Both the position numbers and the translations under genes were made by a program. A DNA stretch of 63,384 bases, counting the filler, from Reticulomyxa filosa (taxonomy: Eukaryota; Protista; Foraminifera): the NCBI GenBank assembly GCA_000512085.1. It is 15 parts of 15 records of this genome, joined end to end, with 100 filler letters (N's around TTAATTAATTAA, not from the genome) between each part and the next. Parts side by side here need not be neighbours in the genome. Positions count along the whole stretch, not along the records: positions 1 to 3,489 come from ASPP01010450.1; positions 3,590 to 8,663 come from ASPP01008943.1; positions 8,764 to 13,106 come from ASPP01022556.1; 12 more parts are not named here. The stretch is one strand, 5' to 3'. The notes below the pieces were generated by a model. It saw only the letters and a program-made list of their open reading frames with translations, was not told where the DNA came from and did not search any database. This document shows positions 1 to 13,206 of this stretch, in pieces (within the stretch, counting starts at the first letter, position 1; every line of letters begins with the position of its first letter).

Positions 1-61
1 AGGGGAGAGAAGCTCAGGTATGTTGGCAGAGTACTAAAAAAAAAAAAAAAAGGGGGCTTAC

Positions 62-779
62 CTTTGGGATTGCTGAACGTATCGATGCTGTCCAATAGAC
101 GCAAGTGACTAAAGTTATAAACATACACTTTATCTTCCAATACTACCACCACACGATCACGTCTCAATTTCACTGCCTTCACTTCGCTTCGAAAAGACAG
201 CTCTCCGATACAACGATTTTGATGATCGTCCCATATCATCACTTTTTTTTTTTTGGAGTATACGTAGTTTTTTTTTGTTTTTTTTTGCACAAATAGACAA
301 AAAAAAAATAGTCAAAAGTATTGAAACATTTTAAATTAAGGAAGCAAGGAACAAACCTTTATTCGTTGCAAATTTGGGAGTGGGACCTCCACCTACCAAT
401 GCCAGGATATTGCAACGAAATAACATTTCTACATAGCCAATACCTCCGTCCTGAAAATCTGTTACAAGTCATTCATGTCTTTTTTTTGCATTTTTGGAAT
501 TGTCTTGCACATACACATAAACACTCATAAAGAATAATCTAATTTTTTTGGTATTTGGTTACAGTTTACCTCTTCTAAACGTTTCTTTCAATGGATCAGT
601 ATTGTATATGATAAAACCTTTTCGTATTTGGTATTTTTTGTTTTGTTAATTTTTTGTTTGGGTTGTGGCTTTGTTTAGTTTGTACCAGACGTGGTTCCGC
701 AGGCAAAACACTGATAATTTTGATTGAATCCAACAAATAAAAGAGCATTGCCGTTTGCATCTAACTTCATGGAAGACAT
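62..779 (-). CDS. ATG18: ATG18/WIPI (PROPPIN) autophagy WD40 protein, 5' part; continues off the window start
   Basis: Exons 779-686, 617-570, 458-357 and 241-62 join through GT-AG introns to give [141 protein letters not shown]. This closely follows the ATG18a/WDR45B consensus. Confidence 0.95.
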
Positions 780-1089
780 TTTACTTCAAATGAAGTCACT
801 ATTTATTATTTGGATTTAATAAAATATAGAGATGATTTAATCAACAAAAAAAAATCAAGGATTGGTTGGCAGGAACCAAGTGCTATTTTAATTGACGCCG
901 GCCTTGCTTGCCTTTCAACTGACAGATCCTTATTCGATACAAAGAGTGTTCATAATCAATTTTTTTCCCTCAAAACAAACAAATAAAAAAATTGTTTTGC
1001 GAACAAATCTCTTCTTGCTGATAATTATTGCTAAAAACTATTTAATTTTTAGTTGATCCATCTCTCGAATACTTATCACCTTTTGGGAT

Positions 1090-1600
1090 ATGCCAAACTC
1101 AAATTCTGATGATGTGGGCAATCTAAATAAAAATGCTGGCGTCACAACTCCGAATTCAGCAAGCGCTCATGTTCGAACAATCCGAATAATTAAAGATGCC
1201 ACGATTGAAGGAGCAACAATTACAAATGCGATCGTTTCACAAGCTAAATACAAACATTAATATTTATCTTGATCAGTAGCATGTAATATTGGTTTTGTTT
1301 ACAATAAAAATAGGCGCTGATTACAGGGGCAACTTTATCGGGGGATTTTGAAACAGAGGGAGTGGTGTTGGCCAATTGCACTTTTCACAACACATCAATT
1401 GTTGGAGGTATGAATGCTTTATCCGCTCCGTTTTTCAACAATATAGAGGCACGAGGGTTGTACTAACAGGTGTTTTCAAAGGAGGAACAATTCGAGGAGG
1501 ACGTCTGACAGGGGGAAAAATTGAAGGTGGTACTGTCAGAGGAGGAGAGATAACAAACGGAGTGATCTCTGGAGGAAATATTATCCAATCCAACTCTTAG
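1090..1600 (+). CDS. Small Gly-rich pentapeptide-repeat (putative beta-helix) protein, 3 exons
   Basis: ATG at 1090. Period-5 repeats DATIE GATIT NAIVS / ALIT GATLS ... GGTIR GGRLT GGKIE GGTVR GGEIT NGVIS GGNII. Intron 2 is GTATGA...TACTAACAG; TAG at 1598-1600. Confidence 0.7.
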
Positions 1601-2399
1601 ACAAACATTGAACACACAAAAAAGAAAGGCTCTTTTATTTGAGTCAAAATTATTTTTATTACAAATCATTAATGATTTCATTTTTTTCTTTCTTTGTACG
1701 AACGAATGTCAAGAAGAGAAGTAGCGTTTACTTCCACTTCAATTTCTTCTACTCAAAAAGTAAGTCATTTTCCAGTTAGAAAATGACCAAGTAAAAATTC
1801 AAAACAAATGAGGCTCTATGTCGCCAACATTGTCGGCTCAAACAGTAAAACCACGTAACATTTTTTTGGGGGGGAAGGTTTACTTTTGACAAACCATTGC
1901 TGCCCTTAACAAAAAAGGGTCCGAGGATAGAGCAAAAAAGGAGCCAAAAAATTTGTCTCGAGATCCAAGAACACTACACTAAAAAAAAAAGGGTTGAAAA
2001 AAAAGAGCATAATTACACTCTGACATAAAAAAAGAAGTACACGACAAAAAAAAAAAAAACAAACAAACAAAATAGTTTTGTTCAAAGTAAATTAATATAA
2101 CAAGGAAAAACTACTGCTTTTGGTTGCAAAAGGGGAGGTCACTTCTTCAAGAGAGGAAGATTTTTTTTGTTGTTTGCTCTTTTTTTTTTTTTTTTGACGA
2201 AAGGGAAAAAAACAAAAACATTTATATATTACACTCCACAACACAGCTAAAAAAAAGTCCAACAAAGAAAAAAAAATGAATTTGTTGGAGTGAAGTGGTT
2301 GAAGAATGTCGATGTGTGATATTGTTTCAAGTTTGAAAAAAAAAAAACAAAAAAAAAAAAAAAAACAAAGCAGATATTTCATGTGAGAGAAGCATGAAA

Positions 2400-3445
2400 A
2401 ATCATTGATTTGACGAGTTTCCTTTTGAGATGTTGTCGCTTGTGTCACTTTCTTCATCGATTGATGGTGGTATTTGTAAAGGCCGAGCGGAAGAATTTGT
2501 ATTGGCATGGTTGAGCAGCATTATTTGTATTTTTTTCCACGTTCACTTTATGACAGTTGCCACTACCTTCGCCACTCACTTTCTCGCCTTTGTCTGGTGT
2601 TATGTTTGGTTGCAATCACACAATGTGTACTACGTTAGGTTATACGTACATTACATAATGGAAATAGAGTCCATTCTGCTTTTGTTTGAAAAGTGGACTA
2701 AGAAAGAAAGAAAGAAAGAAACAAATAATAATAATAATAATAAAAACGGACAACTGGTGGGATCTTGCTGATGATCGCCAGGCAATTCTGGAAGGGACAT
2801 GCTATATGTACTCTGACTATGTTCATATTTATGCGGAAAGCGTGACAACTCGCTGTCTTCGTCGAGCGGTGATTCTCTCTGCACAGGGGTCAGTAGTTTC
2901 TTTATCTCCAGTCTACTGCTTGCATGTGGCTGTCCTAATTTTTTGATGAACTGACCACTTTCTTTCTCTTTTTCGTTCTCTTTATTTTTGTCTTTATCTT
3001 TTTCCTTTTCTTTTGTTCGTTCACTTTGTGCATGATACAGTTCCAACTCGTTGATATTGTCAGTGGAGCCAGTCAACCAAGTCTGGCTTTCATTGAAATA
3101 CGACGCTGCGTCTTTTGTCCATTGCAATCCTTCATAGCGATCGGGGCTTTCTTGGTTTATGGTTGCTTTGTTCGTCAGCGTCTTCATTTCACTTATTTTC
3201 AATGTCCCCTTGACAGCATTGTGTAATACAAAATTTTACGTAATATTTGGATCGTGGATCGTAATTACATACATACGTACACACGCATATAGACACAAAA
3301 CCTGTTGTGACGTGGCAGAAGAGGGAAGGACATTGGAGTTGGTCGCAATGGCTGTGCTGGCCCTCGCAGCAGTTTGTTTCGACGACGCGGTGCAGTCGAA
3401 TTGGTTTAAGATTGGCCTGGAGACTTCCACCACTTTGGAGTAGAC
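2400..3445 (-). CDS. Uncharacterised low-complexity (S/T/K/E-rich) protein, 3' exons
   Basis: Open, higher-GC segments (about 3236-3445, 2740-3210, 2510-2620) are separated by AT-rich intron-like stretches. No domain recognised. Confidence 0.4.
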
Positions 3446-3489
3446 ATTGTTATTGTTATTGCTATTATTATTATTATTATTATTATTAT

Positions 3490-3589
3490 NNNNNNNNNNN
3501 NNNNNNNNNNNNNNNNNNNNNNNNNNNNNNNNNTTAATTAATTAANNNNNNNNNNNNNNNNNNNNNNNNNNNNNNNNNNNNNNNNNNNN
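3490..3589. other. Artificial assembly spacer N44-TTAATTAATTAA-N44 (first of 14)
   Basis: Identical 100-nt spacers also at 8664, 13107, 17197, 18535, 20391, 27681, 37173, 40205, 43909, 47922, 49183, 50787 and 53036 (start positions). The central 12-mer gives stops in all six frames. Confidence 0.98.
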
Positions 3590-3639
3590 TTTTTTTTTTT
3601 TCCTTCTTCTTCTCTCCCCTCCTCCCTTGTCTCTTTGTT

Positions 3640-5223
3640 TCTATCAAAACTTTGTCCATCTGCATCCATAGGGTAAATCGTATTGCCCTGAAAGCGAGGT
3701 TGTACAAATGGACTGTAGTCATTCGTCGTTTGTCCAGGAGACAGCGCTTGATGCAGTGTGTCTATTGATTGTTGCATTATTTGTTCGCTTTCTTTCATTT
3801 GGCCTAGTAATCCCTTTGCAACTTCAAATTAACCTTTTTTTTTTTTTGTTTTTTTTTTTTTTTTTTTTTAAGTAATTGTTATATTGTACATTGTTTTGTT
3901 TGTAAATGTGTGTGTCGGGTGTGCGCATGAAAAAAAAAAAACTAACGTATACGTACTTTCCAAAAAAAAAGAAAAATTATTTCGAAACTTGTCAAAAATG
4001 GAAATTGAAGATAGATAAGATCGAAAGAAATAACAAAGGATGTCAATTTTGGAAAGTTTGCATTTGAACTTTGAAAAAGGGAGAAAGATACCACTGCCCT
4101 TATTGATCGTGGTGAAGTATCTTGTCTCTCCAGCCCATCCATCGTTGCCCCCTACAATTGGATGAATGCATTCCATCCCCAAGTAGTATTCATCTATGGG
4201 ATTCTGTTTTTTGTCCAATCGACCAATGTACCTGTTTTTTTTTTTGTTTTTTTGTATATATTTGTATATTGTAAATACACGTATAAATGAGACATATATG
4301 TTACATTATATAAATATGTGTAAGTATTGTACATAGCATAGAATACCATCAAAAATACTTTTAAACCATATCCTTTTTTTTTTTTTTCCTTTTCCCTCCC
4401 CCCCCCCCCCTTTTTTTTTGTTTGAACTTCAACAGTCCAATGCAATTGCCAGCGATGATGATCTCCTCTTTTTGGAAAGATATGATTTCCTTCTTCTGTG
4501 AGCTGCCATGCTCATAAATGATTTCCATGTCGTCCTTTCCAGATTCTGTCCGTTTGACCGATAGAATGCGTCCTCGCTTCGGAGGCTTGAATGCATCTTC
4601 CAATTCTTTCACTAACTCTTTGGGCATTTGTTGTTGTTCCTGGTCCATTCATTGTTTTGTATATTTATTATGTAGAGAGAGTTTTTTTTTTTTCATCAAA
4701 ACATATACTTTACAAACATACATACACCACAACATATATACATATATGTGTATATATAAACATACGTGGTAAACAAAGATTGACAGTGTGTGCGTATGTA
4801 ATGTTCGAACAAAAATTATTGTTATTATTATTTTTTTTTAAAAAAAAAAAAATAGTGTTACCAAAGTTTGAACGGCCTTTTCCGAGTTTTGCAAGACGAG
4901 CCTATTTTTGGACAGCAAATCGGTGATATTGCGGGCAAAGTTGAGCAAAGAGGACGACGTAATGTCAGGTGTTCGGCCGGAGCTGACCGAGGTGTTGTCA
5001 GGAACAAAGGTTCGAATGAGGACATTGGACGCGTTGGAGTAGTTGGAAGGCATTGATTTTTTGGTCATATTGAGCGGCTGACTTTGGCCCATTTGCATAT
5101 GTGTGGGCATTTGCATTGAGAGTTGGCTTGGCAATGAGTGGGAGTTTAGGCTTTGCGATTGCAACGAAGAAGTGTTTTGTGATGAGTTTTGATTTGAGCT
5201 TTGACTTTGATTTTGCGTTTGCA

Positions 5224-5262
<39 letters not shown>

Positions 5263-5965
5263 GCTGTTGTTGTTGTTGCTGTTGTTGCTGTTGTTGTTGA
5301 CTTTGGATTTGACCTTGCGTTTGTGTCACTTGAGATGAAATAGAGTTTGAGTTTTGGCTTTGACTTTGACTCTGGCTCGAAGTCGAGGCAAGTCCTGGGT
5401 TTTGAGATTGAGATTGAGACAATGACTGGGTCGAACTCGCACTGGAATTGCTTTGGAGGATCATGTTGCCGTTCAAAAGGGGCTTCGATACCATGTTTTG
5501 TACTCCATTCATTTGGTGGTGGTGGTGGTGGTGCGGGGTACTTGTACCATTATTGCTGCTATTGTTACTCAAATTTATCCCTTGTGGAATGCCCACATTT
5601 GTGTACATTGCCATTCCGTTCATTCCATTTATCCCATTCATCCCGTTCGTCTGCAAAATCATGTTTCTGTTCCCATGGAATAACATTGCGTTCCCATTCA
5701 TTCCCGCCAATGGAAACGACGGCACCACCATCGGTTGAATCCCTTGGGTTAGATCATTTGTGGGGATTATAAAGTTCGCTCCGTGTTGCTGCTGTTGCTG
5801 CTCTCTTGAGGGCATCCCAAGCCCTGCCAACAAATTCGACGACGACTTCTGAGCGTACACTGTAACTGTATTGCTTGTATGAATCGGAGAGCCTATTGCC
5901 GATATATTTCCTCCATTCTTATCCTGAGAGGAATCATGTGTTTTTTGTTTACGATATGGATCCAT
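3640..5965 (-). CDS. Q/N/S-rich low-complexity protein with a CAP-Gly domain, multi-exon, 3' truncated
   Basis: Exon 5965-4862 (polyQ, polyH) ends TTG|GTAAC and splices in phase 0 to CAG|GAACAACAA at about 4639. The next junction yields GLLKYIGRLDKKQNPIDEYYLGMECIHPIVGGNDGWAGETRYFTTINKGSGIFLP, a CAP-Gly pattern with GKNDG changed to GGNDG. Confidence 0.7.
5224..5298 (-). repeat. (CAA/CAG)n trinucleotide repeat encoding polyQ
   Basis: Run of ttg/ctg on the + strand, about 25 Gln in the minus-strand ORF. Confidence 0.95.
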
Positions 5966-8900
5966 ATCAACAATTTCAGAAAAAATTATTGAGCAGAAAA
6001 ATAAATTTCTAAAACCGCTAAAAAAATTTTTTAAAAAATAGATTTAAACGTTGTTTTTCATTCAAAAATTTGTGATATTCATAATGTACATTTTGTATGC
6101 TTTCTTTTTTTTCCAGCCGACATTGCTATTTTTGTTTTTATTGCTAATTCGTTTATTTTAAAATTTGTCAGTTTCTTGGTTAGTTTTTTTCTTTTTTTCC
6201 TGGCAAACGTGGTGGAAGTTCGTTCTGAACTTAGTTGTTACTTTTTCGTGTTTGTTTCTTTTTACGCCTTTAAGGCTTCAGTTTTTTTTAGACAAGTTTT
6301 AGTAGCTCTTCTGTCAAAATTGGTTGTTAAGTGTCAAACGCACAAGCATCCACCACAAAATCATCCAAATCAGTCAACACAAGTTAATTATAATTTACTA
6401 TTTCTACGTGCCGTTAAAAAAAGAAAAAACTATAAATTATTTTCTCGCTTACGGCGTTTCGCATATATCCATGTTACTTTGCATTTATAAAAACAAACAA
6501 AATGAATATTGTGCGGTCGACAATGTACATTATTGTATTCCCTTAATACGTACTGATTGTCACAGTTATTCTGATCACAACATTGGCAATGAATGTATTG
6601 CTAAGGTCTATATATCGAAAACTATTCAAATGTCGGCACATTACTGAATTATCCTTGTAACCTTTGCTGCGCCATCTACTGAGTTAGTGTTATTTAGTTT
6701 GACTAACAAATAGTATTTATAACAATATATGTTATCTGATGCTCAGATAACAGAACAGCTGATGTACTATAATTGTTGCGAAAAACAGTGTTATCACTAA
6801 TTAAAGTTTGTCTCATCTGACGACAAAAGATTTAAAAGTTCGTAGTATGATCAATTAATTTTTGAAAAATAGGTCTTTGCAAACTAAGCAAAGATTTAAT
6901 TTAATAATCCAGTAAAGAATTATTGTAGTGAAGTAATGTTTGTGTAAATAATTACGATTTTCTACAGTCGAAAAGCTAAAACAGTTGACTTCCAAAATTG
7001 TTGTTTCACATTTGGGTTTAAACATTTCGAATTGACCGTTTTGACGAACATGACGAAGTTTAAAATTCAATATTTCTTTTGTTTCTTATACATTAATTTT
7101 AATAAAAATTACAACAATTTGCTGAAACACTTACACTATTGTGATTTTGGTGAAAAAACAGCAGTTCGTTTATAACGCTCGCGAATTTGTCAGAACGCAA
7201 TGTATATATTTAAAATTTATTGATTGTACAAGACTAAAGATTAATGATAATCATTTACTTATAGCATTTATATTGCGTAAAATGCAAAACTTATAACGGT
7301 CATAATGTTGAGTAATTGTCCAATTCAGTTCCAAATGGAATATTCAAACTAAAGTAACATATTTTAATGTCAGCATTAAAGATAGTTCAAAGCGTTAGAA
7401 AAAGTAAAAAAATAGTATTATGAAAATTATATGTGATATAGTCAAAAAATAATTTATAAAGTGTCAATCGAAATATTAAGCTATTGAATAGTATAAATGA
7501 AAATAGTTACAGTTAAAGCAATTGAATGTCTAACATAGTTAAATAGAAATAAATTTGCAATTACTATATTTTTTTAAAAAGTATCACAAAAGAAGAAACA
7601 TAGTCAACTGCAGCTGGCTTGAACAAAAAGAAAATTGTGATAAAATAGAAAAAATTCTTCATTTCACGTTTCAATGCGCAAAGTGATTTTTGTACTAAAG
7701 CAAAAACTAACTGATAATTACATAAACAAATTAATTCATGCTGTAGTTAACAATAACAATATATATATGTAATTATTTCAATACAAAAGTACAAATTTAG
7801 TTTTAGTTGTTACAAACATCTTATTAAAGTGATAATCGTATACAACGTAGTTCTTGAACAAAAAATTTAAAGAAATATTAAAAATAGTAATATAACGTAT
7901 TAATATTTGACAATATAAATAGACAAATATTTCTAATGAATTCGTCATTGTCACTATTTCGAGATAAAACTCAAAATGTGTTAGTTCAATATCAGGATAT
8001 TTAATACTTTGTTCAAAGTTAATGCTAAAATATAATATTCTATATTAAATGAAAAACAATATGTGTGTAAAGTAATTTTTTGTAAAGCAATGCAATAAAA
8101 TTGGCATCAAAATATTCAAACAGCTTTCGTTAAGTATTGATAAAAAATCTATTAATTCAACGTTATAGAATGTTTCTTTGATCTTGGAAAGTTATTGATT
8201 ATTTTTGTATTGTGTACTTGTTGTATCAATGTATAAGAAATAATAAATGATAATATATCACTATATTAAATTTTGACTAGTTACTGAAGTCGTTATTTAA
8301 TATAATTTGAAAATTATGTTGCTAAATGACATTAAATTGTATATGAAATCATGAATTTAAGTAATATATTTTGTTTAAAAAAATCAAATTTTCACTAATT
8401 AAATTATATTACACAATTGAATGCAATGCTTAAAAAAAGTTATTATAAAACTAATTTCATATTTAAAAACTTCAAGATTTGTAGATATTTTTAAAAATTA
8501 TGTTTAAATGTTGATTTTTCATTTAGAATATATATTCTCTTCATACAGTTGCTATTTAGTTATGACAGTTTTTTCTGACATAATTGTAGAGAGATGCAAG
8601 AAAGAGAGCTCAGCTAAATTAAACGTATAAGAAAATTGAGAATAAAGAGAATGAATGTTTGATNNNNNNNNNNNNNNNNNNNNNNNNNNNNNNNNNNNNN
8701 NNNNNNNTTAATTAATTAANNNNNNNNNNNNNNNNNNNNNNNNNNNNNNNNNNNNNNNNNNNNAACTTATTTAAAGTAATTGTATGGAAAACAAAAGATT
8801 TTGATATTTAGTCGCTGCAACTGTGCCTTTATTTTAATGGAATATCCAACAATAGATATAAATTGTTGGTGTTTGTTTTTTTTGTTACACTCAGCGCAAA

Positions 8901-11003
8901 AAAAGTCATTATAACATGAGAACTCCTATAAACATTTGCGATTTCAATGCAAAGTCACGTTTTTTCATTAATAAAATTGCAGTTGTAGTTGCTGAACAAA
9001 GTTTTTTTTACAAAACCTATACAAAGAAAGTATTAAACCAAATGTAAATCAAACAAAACAACAAATAATAAACGAGTAAAAACAAGAGTTAAATTGCAAA
9101 ACTGCCGATCAAGCTTTCTAAGAAAGTTTTGGTCCAAATCACTGGCAAATTGACAGGTCATGAACACAGTAATCCAAATTACATTTTGATTGGAAACAGC
9201 ATGTGCGAAAATGCTTTCGATAATGGTTGCACGAATTAGTTCATATAATTTTTTTTTATATAAGCATATGTTTAAAGTTTTTTGTTTTAAAAAGTATAAC
9301 TTGAATTAGGCAGCACGAACAATGACTATGAATCAAAGCGTATTTGATTATTTGGTCTTTGATTTCACTTTCGAACACTAAAACCTTTTTTATAACACAA
9401 ACAAACAAACACAAGATGCAGGACCTCGAATATTCGATGTGCCGAATATATAAAATATAAATATAATATATATACTAGTGTGTAAAATAAAGCAGCTTGA
9501 CTTAACTGCTAATTTTACTAACACTAGTAATATTATTATAAATTATATTTTATAATATTCTACAACATCGTATTGATCATCACATGGCCTTCATACAAAT
9601 TTTTAAGTTGTTTTTAATTTTTTATTTTTTATACGTTAAGATAAAAAGAACGAAAACGTTTACACGAAACTCTTCAACGTACACTTGGCAATACTTTTAT
9701 CAATTTGGACGTTCCGTAGCTTTGAAAACAAAAAAAACTTATATCAAACAAATTTATGAAGAAAAAAAAGCGAAGTAGCGTGAAACAAAACTTATTAAAA
9801 TAGTTTGCATCAATTTCATACGAGATGATAAATTACTTTATCATTACCTGTATAAAGATGATACAATAATTCAATCACCTTTTCTTGATTCAAGTTTGGA
9901 ACGTGATCTTTGTCTGATTTCATCAGTTCTTTCACTATATTTCCAGATTTGTTCCATTTGCGACTGTTTGTGCTGCAACCAGGTCTTTTCCTTTCTTAGG
10001 AAGATCTTTCACTTGGTAGTTCAACATTTCTTAGAGTTTAAGTACGATCGGTTTAAGTTGAAGTGATATAACACAAAAAGATCTTTTTGGTTTTTCTTTT
10101 CTTTTTGACCCTTTTTTTGGAGTTGTTTTGGTTCAATAGTTTTCTGTGCTCCTTAACATGAAGTAAAAGAAGTACTTACAAATCTTGCACAAAAATTTGA
10201 ATAAAAATGTTATAAATTTTGTAGATTATTATTTTTTATATCGATTTCCTTTTCACAAACTGTATCATTAACTCATATATTTTTCTCACATAAACAAGTC
10301 TTAGGAAAATTGAAAATTGCTTAAGTTGTAATTAAACCAGAGATTAACATATCTACTCAATCACTTACGCGAATAATATTTCTCAAGGAGATGTTTACAA
10401 CCTTCTTTGTTTCAAAGGCATAGCTATTTTGCATGACAATTTGTGTAAGATTCGTGCGTAATCAATTCAAACCAAAAGAAAGCAAATGTTAGGATTAATA
10501 GAATGAGAACGAATAAGAGAAGAACAATCAAACAGACGAATTAGTAAAGGGTATGGTTGTGGTGACGTAAGCTTAAGAGTTATAAGGTTTGATAAATTTC
10601 ACAAGAAAATTGTAATTAAAAAGGGATTAAAAAAATGATAGATGGCGGGTCAGTAGACAAGACATTAGTAATTTTATTTGTTAATATTAATTTGCAAAAA
10701 AAACCTTTGCAAATCTAAAATACATCATTAAATTTCATACTTATAAATTAACCCAACAAAACAACACAGTAATTTTCGGATCATGCAACGAAAGTAAGAA
10801 AGGCAGTATATTCAAAGTTGTAGCGCATATTTATTTGGAATACATTTAATTCGTCAAAACAAAAGAGGCAAATAAAGGTTATTGCAAAGCGTCACTCAGC
10901 AAAAATGTGATTTGAATAAATTTGGAAAGATGCTTGAAGTGGAAATATGAAAGAAAAAAAAAACGGAGTTGCATGATGCCTTCTTTCCCACAGCATAATC
11001 GTA

Positions 11004-13012
11004 TTAAAAGAACATCCTCAATATATCGGCCTTTGATCAATGAATATAAAACAATCAAAAACACACATACAAGTGAATGACATTGTAAAAGTAAAAAAAG
11101 GAGATAAAGTATATTTAAAAAAACACAATATACACATACGATAGTTGAAGACGCCAACCGCTTTACAGGCAAATAGACCGAGATGATGGAAGTAGCAATA
11201 GCGCCAGTGATGACAGCCAACAAGACGCTGGTAGGTATAACAAAGGTGAGAGGATAGCTCGAGAACAAAGACTGCTGAACCATGGCGACAAAGGCCATAA
11301 CACAACCAATGGCAATTCCCAACAACGAACTCGCTAGCACGAGGACCAACGACTCATACAAAAAGATTTTCATAATTTGGAAGTTGGTCAAACCCAAGGC
11401 TCGGAGAATGCCAATTTCTTTGCTTTGTTCCAAAATATTAGTCCACATGCTTGCGATCAACGAAAACAGACATAAGAATAAGGCAGTATATGTCGTCATT
11501 TCAAACAGTACATCCAGCATCGCATTCGCCGCATTGACTTGGCTGGTCAAGTCACGGTAATCAATGATATCATAGCACCACGACTTCAGCATCGTTTTCA
11601 CCGCGTCTTTATCTTCACTCACCACATTGTTGCGAAACTTTATCAATACCGCACTGACCCATAGGTCTTCAATAGAATCAACACCTTTTTTTTAGTAGTA
11701 CATGTAGAGTTCACAAGAATAATAACAAGAATAATAATAATAATTATTATTATTATTATTATTATTATTGACACAACATGCAAAATACACATACCAGCAA
11801 ACATCCTAGGCATAGCGGATAACGGTATAACCGTGGACTCCCACGTGTCCATTGATCCACGTGCAGTGAAGGTGTAATAGGGAAACAAGGTATAAATGCC
11901 CATGGGCTTGATGTTATAGATCAAGCGTCCTTGTGGCCCAACGGTGGAGCTCCACCCTTCACCCGAGTTTTCGTTTTCGAGCACAAGTAGGAACTCTTCC
12001 TCCAAGTCCGGCAAATATACGCGAGTTGCTATGTGCTCCGATGTGAGCACCCGCTGCGACCCGGCCGCCGTGAACAACTGCATCGTGTCGTCCAACGCTG
12101 TGTCGTGCCAGTCTCCACTGGCTTTCACGATGAACTTGGTCAACGATGCGCGAACAAAGTTCGGCGTGGTTGGATATAGGTCCGTGCTTTCGATAAAGTA
12201 TTTGCCACGATTGGAACTGTATGAGTTCCTCACCGGAAACTCATTGCCATACGCTTGGTCCTTCACAGGGCCGGGCTTCCACGTAAACTCCTCGATATAC
12301 CCATTGCTTTCCAATACACTTTCAAATTCTGGCCCTGCTTTCGTGGTCCAACAGAACATTGGGCTGCCATACATCCGTAATTCTAACTCCCACACATGTT
12401 ACACATATTAGATTCACATTTTTGGAACCGACATACATTTTAAAAAAAAGGGGGATACCCCCCCTCCCCGTTCCCCTTGTACAACACAAAAACCAGTTGA
12501 GAAAAAAAATGAATGTTATAGTTGAAACACAGAAACATTACCAGACATCTCCAAGACGGCCAGATTGGTAGAGATCATAACAGTGACAAAAAAAATGAAG
12601 GACAAAGCCAAAGAATACATCAAGGTGGTTTTTCGGTTTCGACGACGATGAGCGACCAAATTTTTCAAGACAATGTCCGGGATAGGACTGCACTCCCACC
12701 ACCAAAGCAGAACCCAACAGACAAATTTCTCAAGCAAATGCTCCAAGTTATAAGACAGCAAAATGAGTCCGATCAGCATTGCCAGCATCAGCGACAGTAG
12801 CATGATCGCCATCAGCGCCAAGTTGTTGGAGATGAAGGATTGAGGTACAAAGTAAAACACCGTCCATCCAAAGCAAACGAGGGTGATACCGACTCCAAAA
12901 ATCCTCCAAGAAAACTGTGAGTCTTCACTGCGAGAAATGCTAAACTCGACCGCTTTGGTCTTGCTATGTCGAGTGTCGAGAGACTCGTGTAAATTCTGAT
13001 GCAATGCACTCC
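11004..13012 (-). CDS. FtsX/MacB-like (ABC3-type) multi-pass permease, 3' part with introns
   Basis: IVLKNLVAHRRRNRKTTLMYSLALSFIFFV and NILEQSKEIGILRALGLTNFQIMKIFLYESLVLVLASSLLGIAIG are typical FtsX permease motifs. Intron 11794-11685 restores the frame (MFA|GVDSIEDLW). The last exon reads ADILRMFF* with TAA at 11004-11006. Confidence 0.85.
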
Positions 13013-13060
13013 TTTTTTTTTAAAAAAAGTATATTAATTATATTAATATGTATATGTTTA

Positions 13061-13106
<46 letters not shown>

Positions 13107-13206
13107 NNNNNNNNNNNNNNNNNNNNNNNNNNNNNNNNNNNNNNNNNNNNTTAATTAATTAANNNNNNNNNNNNNNNNNNNNNNNNNNNNNNNNNNNNNN
13201 NNNNNN

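Noticed and set aside
5101-5772. Overlapping plus-strand ORFs (polyV, polyW, polyG); likewise 33637-34218 and 35364-35891
   Set aside because: These are antisense shadows of low-complexity or GC-richer exons on the minus strand.
6000-10800. Short ORFs in very AT-rich DNA
   Set aside because: No recognisable motifs or consistent exon structure; treated as intergenic or decayed sequence.
10879-13012. Bacterial contamination (FtsX permease; also WS/DGAT, cyclase and sulfotransferase)
   Set aside because: GT-AG introns and host-like AT-rich flanks are present, and there is no operon structure. The cyclase is intronless but has eukaryote-type motifs and host-like flanks.
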